Part shown: in pieces, positions 39,601 through 48,685 of the stretch | Position numbering within the stretch: position 1 is the first letter of the stretch | Layout of the letters: each line of letters opens with the position of its first letter | Source of the DNA: Candidatus Omnitrophota bacterium | GTDB lineage: Bacteria; Omnitrophota; Gorgyraeia; 2-01-FULL-45-10 | DNA length: 62,853 nucleotides | Assembly: GCA_043798375.1 (NCBI GenBank) | Contig: JAZDOS010000018.1 | Span: 1 to 62,853, forward strand | Direction: 5' to 3' | Position numbers and translations under genes: made by a program | Notes under the pieces: generated by a model | The model's database searches: none | What the model was told of the DNA's origin: nothing | Seen by the model: only the letters and a program-made list of their open reading frames with translations

Positions 39601-42244
39601 TGGTAATAGCGGCTCCGTCCGGTAATGATGTTACCACTATGTAGCGCGGCCTATCAATTCCATCTATGCCGCCCCTGTAACCGGTTAGTATGCTTCCGTC
39701 AAATATGAATGTCGGCGGCAAAGCGCGGACTTTTCCGTCCCTGGCATAATCCGCCCTTCTCTCATCATTAAGGTTCGTCGCGACAAGATAACCGCCGGCC
39801 TTTACGCCTACGAGCAGTTTGTTATAATCAATATCCGGATTGAGCGGCGATAACATTTTTGTCATCTGGGTAACGATCCGCTCGCGCTCCGCCGCGGGCT
39901 GCTTTTGAAAAATCGGCCTGGGCGCAACGCCGTTTACGATTTCAAGCGTTGGCTCACCGGACAAGATCTCTCCGTCAAGAATAAGCTCGATCATGTCCAC
40001 AAGCGCAGGCGCTGTCCTGGCTTCAACACCGTTCGCTCCGTCCCTGGTCGAAGCGGCGATATGCGGAAAGATAACGGCGTTATCACGGTTTGTTTCGATC
40101 AGCCTGTAAAGCTCCGGCGTCATATCCAGGTCACCGTAATATGCCAGCCCTCCGGCTTTCACCCGCGGCTCCAGGAGCTCGGGCCTCGCGTATCCGGACC
40201 TGGATGTATTGATAAGGAGCTCAAGATTGGGGCTTGATATCTCCGCTTCCGTTAATTGAACTTTTGGCATATCCTCCTGTTTGGCCCCAAGATGAATGGT
40301 AACCATATTGGCCCTTTTAAACAGTTCTTCCCGGCTGACGGGCGCAGCGCCTAATTTTTTTGCTTCGGCGCTGTCAGGCGTTAAACTACGGGAATGGACC
40401 AACACGGTAAATGGTATATCGCGGGCATCTGCGATAGCCTTTAATTTCTGCGCCACTGCCCGGCCGATGGCCCCCCATCCGAGTATGCCTATAGTCTTCC
40501 CTCTTAATGCTTCCGCCGAAGACTCAAACGAATCTGTCGCAAGCGGATCGACTATTTCGCGCATCCAATAATCAGTAAGCCTATCCCGTTCTCCTTCAGG
40601 CACGACTGCCCATTTTTTGCTGTTGCGCACGAGTTTCTCATACTCACCGGGACCTGTCTGAAATAAACCTTCGATGTGATTGTCGAACGCGGAGCCCGAA
40701 GAGACCCCGCCCCTTGCCCCTTTTACACCTCTCTTTTTGCACATATATCCTAACAGGAAAGACAATGTCAGGTCGGCCACAGAATTAGCGCTTCCGTGAG
40801 TGCGGCCGACGGATATGCCATGATTGGCCGCCATATCATCTTTTATATTCTCATATCCGACTCCGGCCCGAATAATGGCTTTCAAGCCATTATTTTCCGC
40901 CAGTTCGAAAATCGATGGATCTTTACCGTCAAAAGCGGTGGTCGCCGAACGAACCACGATAGTGTCCGGCTTGTCGTTCCTGATGCGGGCCTTAAGCCAT
41001 TCCGCGTCCTTCCCTTTGCCGTGTTCGGTTATAAACTCAACTCTTCCGCCGAATCTTTCCGAAAGCTTCTCGCGGATCGCGTCAATCGTCTTTGGGTCTT
41101 CCGGGTCATCCGCAAAAAGGATCCTGACTTTCGCTTCCGGCGCCGCGGCTTGCGTTGTTGCGCCTGCAGCGTAATCGCGCGCCGCGAGATTCGTGTCGAG
41201 GTTGGCGATGTAATATTTCTTCCGCTTGAATTCGGCCTTCCTGCCTTTCAGGAGCAGCTCGTTATGCCTTACATCGATTTCATTCTCAGGCCGGCTGTCA
41301 ATAAACCTTAATACGGATAAGCCGAGCATCGCGCCGACTTCGTGAACCAAATAATCCTTTATGCGGCCTTCTACAAATTTCGCCCTCGCGCCGCCTCTTT
41401 TTAAATCGTCGATGGCCTCCCGGTTCAAAAAGAGATGCACGGCGTTATTGCTTGAATGGGTGTGGACAATAACTTTTTGCTTTGCGCCGTTTTTTGTCTC
41501 ATGTTCTACGCGGCTCTCGTTAAGCATGGAGGCAATCTTGCCTGTCAGAGGAACGAGATAAAATTTCCTGTCCTGAAGCGGGGCCATTCCGCCCGGATTC
41601 TCTATATCGAGCTTTAATTCGGAGATTATATCCGCGATCGTCCCTTTATAGTCAAAACGAGCCTCTTCTGCCGTCAGGGTAAGGCCGCCGCGGTGGGCGT
41701 AGTCTAAAATACCATCGACCTTTTCATGTTGAGTATATATCCCGGCGGCCTTTATAGAGCTTGCGGTTTTTGGCTTGGCCTTCCCGTCCGATCCTTCCGG
41801 ATAAACGTCAAGCTGTTGATTAACGGAGGAATACTCGATTATGTAGGTCCTCGCGCCATAGGCCAGGTCCTTACGAACAGCTTTTATCTTCAGGACGCCA
41901 TCTTCTGCAGACGGAATTTCGTGAATAAAGAATTGAGCGCCTCCCAGCTGGTATATTGTCTTTCCCGGCAGGTTTCCGGGCATATCGGCGAATTTCTGAA
42001 GGTTTTCGCGGGTAATTTCTAATCTATGGTCATTTATGTAATTTAAGGCAGCGGCAAACCATAGCTCGATATCGCCCATGTCTTTATTCCCGATATCCTG
42101 AATGTTGCTGAATTTGGATTGCGGCGCGAGCTTATCGGCTATGCCGATATTGAGCGATTGACCGAACGCGAAGTCGGATATGGCGGTATTGAAGATAAAA
42201 CAGACCAGAACGATACTTGAAATTATTTTGTTACACTTTTTCAT
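36602..42244 (-). CDS. 1880-aa predicted secreted protein with a D-2-hydroxyacid (SerA-like) dehydrogenase domain, a Glu/Leu/Phe/Val dehydrogenase domain and a HEAT-like repeat
   Basis: Signal-peptide-like N-terminus; VVRSAT, IRAGVGYENI, GKTIGILGWGAIG, INTSR, PHIAAST; AKGG, GGKT, GPDVG, GFGDVG, DSKGTIYN..GLD, EGANN. Confidence 0.85.
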   Translation of the reverse strand: MKKCNKIISSIVLVCFIFNTAISDFAFGQSLNIGIADKLAPQSKFSNIQDIGNKDMGDIELWFAAALNYINDHRLEITRENLQKFADMPGNLPGKTIYQLGGAQFFIHEIPSAEDGVLKIKAVRKDLAYGARTYIIEYSSVNQQLDVYPEGSDGKAKPKTASSIKAAGIYTQHEKVDGILDYAHRGGLTLTAEEARFDYKGTIADIISELKLDIENPGGMAPLQDRKFYLVPLTGKIASMLNESRVEHETKNGAKQKVIVHTHSSNNAVHLFLNREAIDDLKRGGARAKFVEGRIKDYLVHEVGAMLGLSVLRFIDSRPENEIDVRHNELLLKGRKAEFKRKKYYIANLDTNLAARDYAAGATTQAAAPEAKVRILFADDPEDPKTIDAIREKLSERFGGRVEFITEHGKGKDAEWLKARIRNDKPDTIVVRSATTAFDGKDPSIFELAENNGLKAIIRAGVGYENIKDDMAANHGISVGRTHGSANSVADLTLSFLLGYMCKKRGVKGARGGVSSGSAFDNHIEGLFQTGPGEYEKLVRNSKKWAVVPEGERDRLTDYWMREIVDPLATDSFESSAEALRGKTIGILGWGAIGRAVAQKLKAIADARDIPFTVLVHSRSLTPDSAEAKKLGAAPVSREELFKRANMVTIHLGAKQEDMPKVQLTEAEISSPNLELLINTSRSGYARPELLEPRVKAGGLAYYGDLDMTPELYRLIETNRDNAVIFPHIAASTRDGANGVEARTAPALVDMIELILDGEILSGEPTLEIVNGVAPRPIFQKQPAAERERIVTQMTKMLSPLNPDIDYNKLLVGVKAGGYLVATNLNDERRADYARDGKVRALPPTFIFDGSILTGYRGGIDGIDRPRYIVVTSLPDGAAITTIFSRTKNPKMIFAKGGCRWYQVGEYAGKSTLDSMDEKFMGNPEKTQDPLLLEGVRLANAMFYKSPFWETYFDGGKTIFLADRNADKESFIRDWAASSMLAGCLMNLYLGGPDVGMEYEQMGWIEDEKIAARRVFGMQETQIISTTSRDPETTGTFPHVEWMATSIAVVETLAAALDNTELMKRFKIDENNLTMGIVGFGDVGGGVLRYLHDKYPDIFAKVKITAAADSKGTIYNREGLDKKQLLRLIKVRERAGRKFALKDYYKGEFEFMEDTRKAYFLGSTILIPAAKGTVVFGEEDIRRMAEAGTKIISEGANNFAAIGTEDKFEAGGILYFYGPVANGGGIYSSKEEVFHAMLEPEIFRVMSDANRDRIRKRMAELKPHIQGDIADTALVNARWLSDQFVIGRGASIYEIHQRVVNDIITERSRLLDEPAAEEDREISARVERDVKHGIARNDENLRVLTIIHATEIARENIMGKYIDKGVVARELDAQDLDGLADGRKIRALMFAAYWAGKLKMNEAADNLLRIIGSKTDSSLRRLAAISLGYINSPATEEALARLETTPGVAGCPDVLIGVRWALDHMRDTAAAKTPTEDAQAQQANTDFAGLIAGEQYKKAAEELREAIASYVKEGSLLPFQKDEAKVDRLYTELSGMCRMLSFTPEGMNFLSSADYAAVPAFMRIQLAKYFGLPVGGKTIGEGPEKTRVLFDYYAAVKFRADYVRKDDGINPADYVVVKLDGENGYLVIDRIDRIGFYIMPSAEGRAALLAHLPLSPDIQINVPGYIKVKPVALEAMERLAAKAGRDIPTFPEERYTLLLTSEFFANGELEAHRLKYGDRFNLDRVSGSNPAQFVENILSKAKGVENRTIALVPDSLEEAELDRLKGAGIRFIRANAWTLLNARSDKDSYREKFQLDTYAMMLLARRISRDITRDSSIYQVLSFYIKTHFKLADDVAAADYIEAIMTGDVARLLKGILSYRPAEPYDRPDYNNVAAALIAA

Positions 42245-42296
42245 TTGTTTTTCTTCCTTTCTTTATACTTAATAAATACCTTTAGTTATAAAACAA

Positions 42297-42323
42297 AAAT
42301 GCCTGGCTTTTCGCCAAGCATTT
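42297..42323 (-). terminator. Intrinsic terminator-like hairpin in the leader of the 1880-aa gene
   Basis: AAATGCTTGGC-GAAAA-GCCAGGCATTT followed by TTGTTTT. Confidence 0.55.
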
Positions 42324-42363
42324 ACAAATGCGCTTCATGATAGATAACTACAAAACTTAACTT

Positions 42364-42391
42364 AGTTTACCATTAAAAAATAGTTTGTCAA
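42364..42391 (-). promoter_or_regulatory. sigma70-like promoter upstream of the 1880-aa gene
   Basis: TTGACA-16 bp-TAAACT. Confidence 0.5.
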
Positions 42392-42438
42392 GTTCTTAAA
42401 TCTATCTTTTTTGTATCTTAATCGGGATAGCCGACGAT

Positions 42439-42470
42439 GTCGTAGCGGACATTTAAATGTCCCCTACGAC
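42439..42470. repeat. REP-like hairpin downstream of asd
   Basis: GTCGTAGCGGACATTT-AAATGTCCCCTACGAC. Confidence 0.7.
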
Positions 42471-42523
42471 AGGCTGCTTCTTTATGCTAAATTGTTACTG
42501 ACCGAGATGTTCGAGGGATTACC

Positions 42524-43525
42524 TTATTTAACCAATCTCTCCGCAATTTGGATTGCGTTAAGCGCAGCGCCCTTACGAATATTATCGGCCGCAACCCACA
42601 TCGAGATGCCGTTTTTGATCGACTCGTCTTTTCGGATCCTTCCGACGAAGGTGTCGTCTTTACCTTCCGCGAATATCGGCATCGGATATGATTTGTTCTC
42701 GGGATCGTCTATAACGGTGACGCCTTCCGATTTCGAAAGAAGCTTGCGGACATCATCCGGTGAAATAGGTTTTTCGGTCTCGATATTGACGCTTTCCGAA
42801 TGGGCGTAGAATACAGGGACTCTGACGCAGGTGGCATTCACCTGAATAGAAGAATCGCCCATGATCTTGCGGGTCTCGTCAACCATCTTCATCTCTTCTT
42901 TAGTATAGGCATTTCCCATAAAAACATCTATCTGCGGAATAAGGTTGAAGGCTATCGGGTGCGGAAACTCGACAGGAGTAACCTTTTTCTTCGCAAGGAA
43001 CGCCCTCGACTGTTCCCGCAATTCTATAACCTTCTTCTGGCCCGCGCCCGAAACCGACTGGAAGGTGGTTACCACAATCCTCTTTATCTTCGCGGCCTTA
43101 TGGATCGGCCAGAGCGCCACTACCATCTGTATGGTCGAGCAGTTGGGGTTCGCGATTATACCTTTATGCCATTTAATATCCTGCGGATTCACTTCCGGAA
43201 CGACAAGCGGCACGTTATTATCCATCCTGAACGCGCTCGAGTTGTCGACGCATACCGCGCCTGCCTTTACCGCGCTGGGTAAAAATTCGAGGCTGCGGGA
43301 CGCGCCGGCCGACGCTAGCACTATGTCTATATCCTTGAAAGAATCGTGCGTGAGTACTTCAACGGGATAGGGCTTGCCGTTAAATTTCAATGACTTACCC
43401 TTCGACCGCTCAGAAGCAAGTAACCGTAAATTTTTTACCGGAAATTTTCTCTCCTCAAGGATCCTTAAAAAGCAGGTCCCGACAGCGCCGGTCGCCCCCA
43501 TTATTGCAATGTTGTATTTTTTCAT
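42524..43525 (-). CDS. asd: Aspartate-semialdehyde dehydrogenase
   Basis: GATGAVG, DNSSAFRM, NPNCSTIQ, C.RVPV..AHS, DNIRKGAA.N. Confidence 0.97.
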   Translation of the reverse strand: MKKYNIAIMGATGAVGTCFLRILEERKFPVKNLRLLASERSKGKSLKFNGKPYPVEVLTHDSFKDIDIVLASAGASRSLEFLPSAVKAGAVCVDNSSAFRMDNNVPLVVPEVNPQDIKWHKGIIANPNCSTIQMVVALWPIHKAAKIKRIVVTTFQSVSGAGQKKVIELREQSRAFLAKKKVTPVEFPHPIAFNLIPQIDVFMGNAYTKEEMKMVDETRKIMGDSSIQVNATCVRVPVFYAHSESVNIETEKPISPDDVRKLLSKSEGVTVIDDPENKSYPMPIFAEGKDDTFVGRIRKDESIKNGISMWVAADNIRKGAALNAIQIAERLVK

Positions 43526-43532
43526 TTTAATT

Positions 43533-43647
43533 CGTCTTTCGTTAATCGGTTGCGCTGCTCGTCACGTTAGACGTCTATCGGTTGCGTCCTCTGGACGATA
43601 AACGATATACGATACGAGCCGCGCAACCGTAACCGTTAACCGAGATA
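43533..43647. repeat. Degenerate heptamer arrays in inverted arms (leuB-asd spacer)
   Basis: ...tcggttgcg...tcggttgcg / gacgata aacgata tacgata ... cgcaacc gtaaccg ttaaccg. Confidence 0.55.
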
Positions 43648-44718
43648 CTATAGATTTTCTACGACTAAATCCCCGACTTGTTCGGTCGAGTATCCCATCT
43701 TACCGGCCGCGAGGCTCTTCAGTTTTGTATTGACGGCATTTATAACGGATTTCTCCACCGCCCTTGCGGCCTTTTCCTCCTGCAGGTTATCCAGAAGCAT
43801 CTCGATCGCGCATATCGCGGCGATCGGATTAATAACGTGTTTACCCGTATATTTCGGCGCGGAGCCGCCGATCGGCTCAAACATCGACACGCCCTTCGGA
43901 TTGATATTGCCGCCGGCCGCTATCCCCATCCCGCCCTGGATCATCGCGCCGAGGTCCGTTATGATATCGCCGAACATGTTATCGGTAACGATACAATCGA
44001 ACCATTCCGGATTCTTCACAAACCACATCGTCGTCGCGTCGACATGCGCGTAGTCGGTCGTGACATCGGGGTAATCGCCCTTTATCTCGTCAAACGTCCT
44101 CTGCCACAGGTCCCAGGCATAAGTGAGGACATTCGTCTTGCCGCAAAGCGTCAATTTTTTTCTCTTGTTCCGCTTTTTTGTGAATTCAAACGCGTAGCGC
44201 AGGCACCGCTCGACGCCTTTTTTCGTATTATAGGATATCTGTATCGCAACTTCGTTAGGTTTGCCTTTATCGCGAAATTCGCCCATCCCCTTATACAGGC
44301 CTTCGGAATTTTCTCTCACGACAACGAAGTCGATATCTTCCGGTTTCTTGTCCTTCAGCGGACAGTATGCGGAATTATATAATTTTACGGGCCTTAAATT
44401 AATATATTGATCCAGGCCGAACCGCGCGGCAAGCAGTATCCCCTGCTCCAGAATGCCGGGTTTCACGCCGGGATGGCCTATGGCGCCGAGGAATATCGCG
44501 TCGAACTTCTTTAATCTTTCGAGCTCTTCATCTGTTATCGTCTTCCCTGTCTTAAGATACCTTTCGCCGCCGCAATCAAACATCTCTTCGGCATAAGAAA
44601 ATCCGAATTTTTTCGACGCCGCCTTCAGCACCTTCAGCCCTTCGCGAACAACTTCCGGCCCGGTCCCGTCGCCGGGTATCACCGCGATCTTGTAATTCCT
44701 AGAGTTTCCCATCTCCAC
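43648..44718 (-). CDS. leuB: 3-isopropylmalate dehydrogenase
   Basis: IPGDGTGPEV, NLRP, VVRENSEGLY, DNMFGDI..D, FEPIGGSAP. Confidence 0.95.
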   Translation of the reverse strand: MEMGNSRNYKIAVIPGDGTGPEVVREGLKVLKAASKKFGFSYAEEMFDCGGERYLKTGKTITDEELERLKKFDAIFLGAIGHPGVKPGILEQGILLAARFGLDQYINLRPVKLYNSAYCPLKDKKPEDIDFVVVRENSEGLYKGMGEFRDKGKPNEVAIQISYNTKKGVERCLRYAFEFTKKRNKRKKLTLCGKTNVLTYAWDLWQRTFDEIKGDYPDVTTDYAHVDATTMWFVKNPEWFDCIVTDNMFGDIITDLGAMIQGGMGIAAGGNINPKGVSMFEPIGGSAPKYTGKHVINPIAAICAIEMLLDNLQEEKAARAVEKSVINAVNTKLKSLAAGKMGYSTEQVGDLVVENL

Positions 44719-44751
44719 CCCTTATCTTCCCCTGCTATCCCTTATTTTCCC

Positions 44752-45243
44752 CTATTTTTCCCTCTTCGCCAGCGAATTCATCAGCCCGCCTGCCCTTATA
44801 ATCCTCTGCATGAAAGGCGGATATTTTTCGAACCTGTAACTTTCCTTTCTTGTTAAATTCCTTATTATCCCTGTCTTCGTATCGATCCTGACAAGGTCTC
44901 CTTTATGGATGCGTTCCGACGCTTCGGCCGATTCCGCAATAGGAAGCCCCGTATTGATACTGTTCCTCGCGAATATCCTCGCAAAGCTTTCGGCTATCAC
45001 GCATGATACGCCGGCCGCCTTTATGGCGATAGGGGCATGTTCTCTCGACGAGCCGCAGCCAAAATTTTTACCGGCAACGATGATGTCGCCGGGCTTCACT
45101 CTTCCGGCGAAGCCCTTATCGGCGTCCTCCATGCAGTGCCCGGCAAGTTCGGCCCTGTCGGTCGTATTGAGATACCGCGCCGGTATTATCTCGTCGGTGT
45201 TTACGTCGTCGCCGAACCTGTGCGCCCTTCCTTTGTGCTTCAT
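44752..45243 (-). CDS. leuD: 3-isopropylmalate dehydratase small subunit
   Basis: [27 protein letters not shown]. Confidence 0.95.
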   Translation of the reverse strand: MKHKGRAHRFGDDVNTDEIIPARYLNTTDRAELAGHCMEDADKGFAGRVKPGDIIVAGKNFGCGSSREHAPIAIKAAGVSCVIAESFARIFARNSINTGLPIAESAEASERIHKGDLVRIDTKTGIIRNLTRKESYRFEKYPPFMQRIIRAGGLMNSLAKREK

Positions 45244-46521
45244 CTATATTACTTCCTCCGGATGGGAGATTTTGCCGTTAATGGCGCTCGCCGCCGCGAC
45301 TGCCGGATTGGATAAATAAACTTCGCTCTTCGGATGGCCCATCCTGCCGACGAAATTCCTGTTCGTCGTGGCGATAGCCCTCTCGCCTTCCGCAAGTATC
45401 CCCATGTGCCCGCCCAAACACGGCCCGCATGTCGGCGTCGAGAAGATCCCGCCCGCCTCCACAAAAACGCGCGCCAGGCCCGCCTTCACCGCCTCAAGAT
45501 ATATCTTCCGGGTGGCGGGGATCACGATAAGCCTCACACCGCTCTTCACTTTCTTCCCGCGCAGTATCTTCGCCGCCAAAACCAGGTCGGAGAGCCTTCC
45601 GTTCGTGCACGAGCCGATCACAACCTGGTCTATCGCTATCTCTTTTAACGATTTAACCGGCTTCACGTTGCTCGGCAGGCTCGGGCACGCTACGAGCGGC
45701 TCAACCTTGCGACAGTCATATTCTTTGATCTTGCAATATACCGCATCCATGTCGCTCGAATAAAATTTTCCGGAGCCCTGCCTCGGCTTCGATCTTATAG
45801 CTTTTATATAACGGGATATTACCCTGTCCGGCGAGATTATGCCGTTCTTCGCGCCGGCCTCGATCGCCATGTTGCACATCGCGAGCCTGTCATCTATTGA
45901 CAGATTTTCGATCGTTTCGCCGCAGAATTCCATCGCCCTGTAATGGGCGCCGTCTACGCCTATGTCGCCAATGACATAAAGTATAAGGTCTTTGCCGCCA
46001 ACCCATTTATTTAGACGTCCGAAGAATACGAATTTCATCGATTCGGGCACTTTGAGCCAGCACTCGCCTGTGATCATGGCAGCCGCAAGATCCGTTGATC
46101 CCACGCCCATCGAGAATGCCCCCAGGGCGCCGTAAGTGCAGGTATGCGAATCCGCGCCTATGACAAGGTCGCCCGGCAGGACCAGCCCCATCTCCGGCAG
46201 GAGCGCGTGCTCTATCCCCATCTTCCCGATCTCGAAGTAATTCTTAATACCGTACTTCTTCGCGAAATCCGCCAGCATCCTGCAGTGGTTGGCGCTCTTC
46301 ATGTCTTTCGCCGGCGCGAAATGGTCCGGAACAAGCACAACTTTTTTCTTATCAAAGACTTTCTTGGCGCCCGCCTTCTCGAATTCCTCTATCGCGAGCG
46401 GAGCGGTGACATCGTTCCCGAGGCACAGGTCGACCTTTACGTCGATAAACTCGCCCGGATGTATCTTCTTCGCCTTCGTGTGCTTTAATAAAATCTTTTC
46501 GGTTATCGTATATCCCATCAT
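45244..46521 (-). CDS. leuC: 3-isopropylmalate dehydratase large subunit
   Basis: [34 protein letters not shown]. Confidence 0.95.
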   Translation of the reverse strand: MMGYTITEKILLKHTKAKKIHPGEFIDVKVDLCLGNDVTAPLAIEEFEKAGAKKVFDKKKVVLVPDHFAPAKDMKSANHCRMLADFAKKYGIKNYFEIGKMGIEHALLPEMGLVLPGDLVIGADSHTCTYGALGAFSMGVGSTDLAAAMITGECWLKVPESMKFVFFGRLNKWVGGKDLILYVIGDIGVDGAHYRAMEFCGETIENLSIDDRLAMCNMAIEAGAKNGIISPDRVISRYIKAIRSKPRQGSGKFYSSDMDAVYCKIKEYDCRKVEPLVACPSLPSNVKPVKSLKEIAIDQVVIGSCTNGRLSDLVLAAKILRGKKVKSGVRLIVIPATRKIYLEAVKAGLARVFVEAGGIFSTPTCGPCLGGHMGILAEGERAIATTNRNFVGRMGHPKSEVYLSNPAVAAASAINGKISHPEEVI

Positions 46522-46967
46522 ATCTCTTTTATCATAGCTATTTCCTTACATCCGGGAAAATACATGCACTTTATGCACTCGCTCCAGATCTTATGCGGCA
46601 GTTCTTTTTTGTCGATGATACTAAACCCGAATTGCTCAAAGAATTCCGGAATATAGGTAAGGGCGAATACCTTCTTCAGCTTCAACATCTTTGCCTCCAT
46701 GAGGCAATGTTCGAGCAGTTTCCTGCCCATACCCTTGCCGGTCTTTGATCTCGATACGGCAAGGCTCTTTATCTCGGACAGGTCCTCCCAGTCAACGTGA
46801 AGCGCGCAGGCCCCGTAGACCTTCCTGCCTTCGGCGTAGACATAGAAATCCCTTATATTTTCGTAAAGCTCGTTTAACGAGCGCGGAAGCATCCTCTCGC
46901 GCTTCGCGTAGTAGTTGACGAGCTTCTGGATCTGCTTCACGTCCGTAACATTCGCTTTTCTTATCAT
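46518..46967 (-). CDS. GNAT N-acetyltransferase (short ArgA/N-acetylglutamate synthase-like)
   Basis: [29 protein letters not shown]...FF...GF, LPHKIW.EC..C. Confidence 0.88.
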   Translation of the reverse strand: MIRKANVTDVKQIQKLVNYYAKRERMLPRSLNELYENIRDFYVYAEGRKVYGACALHVDWEDLSEIKSLAVSRSKTGKGMGRKLLEHCLMEAKMLKLKKVFALTYIPEFFEQFGFSIIDKKELPHKIWSECIKCMYFPGCKEIAMIKEI

Positions 46968-47069
46968 GGTAATTCCTTCTTCATGGTTTCTTTGAACCCG
47001 CAAAGCCCGTAAAGAATAGAAGACCCGCATCCCGGGCCTTGCGCCTTGCACGTCTTTCGACCGTGCTCT

Positions 47070-47098
47070 ATTATACCTAAATGGAATTCATATATCAA
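47070..47098 (-). promoter_or_regulatory. sigma70-like promoter of the GNAT-leuCDB-asd operon
   Basis: TTGATA-17 bp-TATAAT. Confidence 0.65.
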
Positions 47099-47153
47099 GT
47101 GCTTTGGAACGATAGCGGATAATACGCCGTGCGCCTCTTTTTACGCTGAATAG

Positions 47154-47903
47154 TCATGAGATATTTAAGACGGAACCCAGCAGCTTTTTTGTGTAATTAT
47201 GGGCGGGGTTGGAATATAAATTTTCCGGCGGCCCTTCCTCGACAATTTTTCCTTCCTTCATGACGGCGATTTTATCAGACATGAATTTAACGACTCGCAG
47301 GTCATGGCTTATAAATAGATACGTTATCGACAAGTTCTTCTGTATCTCTTTAAGAAGCTTCAATATCTGGAGCTGGACCGTGACATCCAGGCTCGAGACA
47401 GGTTCGTCGCAGACGATAAACTCAGGATTTGTTACCACGGCCCTCGCTATCGCGATCCTCTGCCGCTCCCCTCCGGAGAATTGGTGCGGGTATTTGTTGA
47501 GCGCGCTATTTGGGAGCTTTACCAGGCCGAGCGTTTCCTCTACCTGCTTCCTGACCCGCGGACTATGATGGGCCATGGGCCATGGGCTATTCACAACAAG
47601 CCCTTCCGCAATAATATCCGCCACCCTCATCTTCGGATCGAGCGAATTTTGCGGATCCTGGAATATGACCTGTATTTTTTTAGCGGCGATTTCGATCGAT
47701 CCCGCGTCGGGTTTTAAAATTCCGAGGATCAGTTTGCCGAGCGTAGTCTTGCCGCATCCGGATTCTCCGACGAGGCCGAAGGTCTCGGCCTTCTCTATCC
47801 CGAGAGACACGCCGTCGACGGCATTGACAAAACTTTTTGTCCCGCGCAGGTAACCGCGCTCGACCGGGAAATATTTTTTTACTTTGTCCAGTTTAACGAT
47901 CAT
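47154..47903 (-). CDS. Oligopeptide/dipeptide ABC transporter ATP-binding subunit (OppF/DppF)
   Basis: GESGCGKT, YPHQFSGGERQR, DEPVSSLD. Confidence 0.93.
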   Translation of the reverse strand: MIVKLDKVKKYFPVERGYLRGTKSFVNAVDGVSLGIEKAETFGLVGESGCGKTTLGKLILGILKPDAGSIEIAAKKIQVIFQDPQNSLDPKMRVADIIAEGLVVNSPWPMAHHSPRVRKQVEETLGLVKLPNSALNKYPHQFSGGERQRIAIARAVVTNPEFIVCDEPVSSLDVTVQLQILKLLKEIQKNLSITYLFISHDLRVVKFMSDKIAVMKEGKIVEEGPPENLYSNPAHNYTKKLLGSVLNIS

Positions 47904-48685
47904 GCAAGCGCCCTTACCGATTCCAGGAGCGAAATCGTATATTTTTCTTTCGGATTTGTAATAATATTATGGGTACTCCCCATCTCGACGATCCTGCCCC
48001 TATGCATCACGCCGACCTCATCGCACATCTTCGCGATTATCCCGAAGTCGTGGCTTATAAAAAGTATCGACAGCTTCTCGAGTTCAATAATCTCTTTCAG
48101 AAGATCCAGGATCTCGGCCTGGATCGTGACGTCAAGCGCGGTCGTCGGCTCATCCAGGATTAAAAGCCGGGGCGTATTTACAAGCGCCATCGCTATCATC
48201 GCGCGCTGTTTGGTGCCTCCGGATAACCGGTGAGGATAGTCATAAAAAACCTTCTTCGGATCGGGGATGCGGGCCTTCTTTAAATATTCCATGGCTGATT
48301 CTTTTGCCTTTTGTTCGCCGATCTTTTGATGGGCGAGAATAGCCTCCGTGATCTGATATCCTATCGTAAAGACCGGATTGAACGCGCTCGACGGCTCCTG
48401 GAAGACCATCGTAATTTTGGAGCCTCTGACACTCCGAAGATACTCCTCGTCCATCGCCAGGAGATCTGTGCCGTCGAAAAGGATCGCCCCGCCCATTATT
48501 TTACCGGGTTCGGGCACTAGCCTCAGGATCGAAAGCGCGGTAAGCGTCTTGCCGGATCCGGACTCGCCCACAAGGCCGAAGACGGTATTATCCTTTATCT
48601 TGAAACTGACATCGTTCACGGCTTTTACGATTCCGCTCTGCGCGTAGAAGTAGGTTTTAAGATTATCTATCTGTAAAATATTCAT
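47900..48685 (-). CDS. Oligopeptide/dipeptide ABC transporter ATP-binding subunit (OppD/DppD)
   Basis: GESGSGKT, YPH.LSGG..QR, DEPTTALD. Confidence 0.93.
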   Translation of the reverse strand: MNILQIDNLKTYFYAQSGIVKAVNDVSFKIKDNTVFGLVGESGSGKTLTALSILRLVPEPGKIMGGAILFDGTDLLAMDEEYLRSVRGSKITMVFQEPSSAFNPVFTIGYQITEAILAHQKIGEQKAKESAMEYLKKARIPDPKKVFYDYPHRLSGGTKQRAMIAMALVNTPRLLILDEPTTALDVTIQAEILDLLKEIIELEKLSILFISHDFGIIAKMCDEVGVMHRGRIVEMGSTHNIITNPKEKYTISLLESVRALA

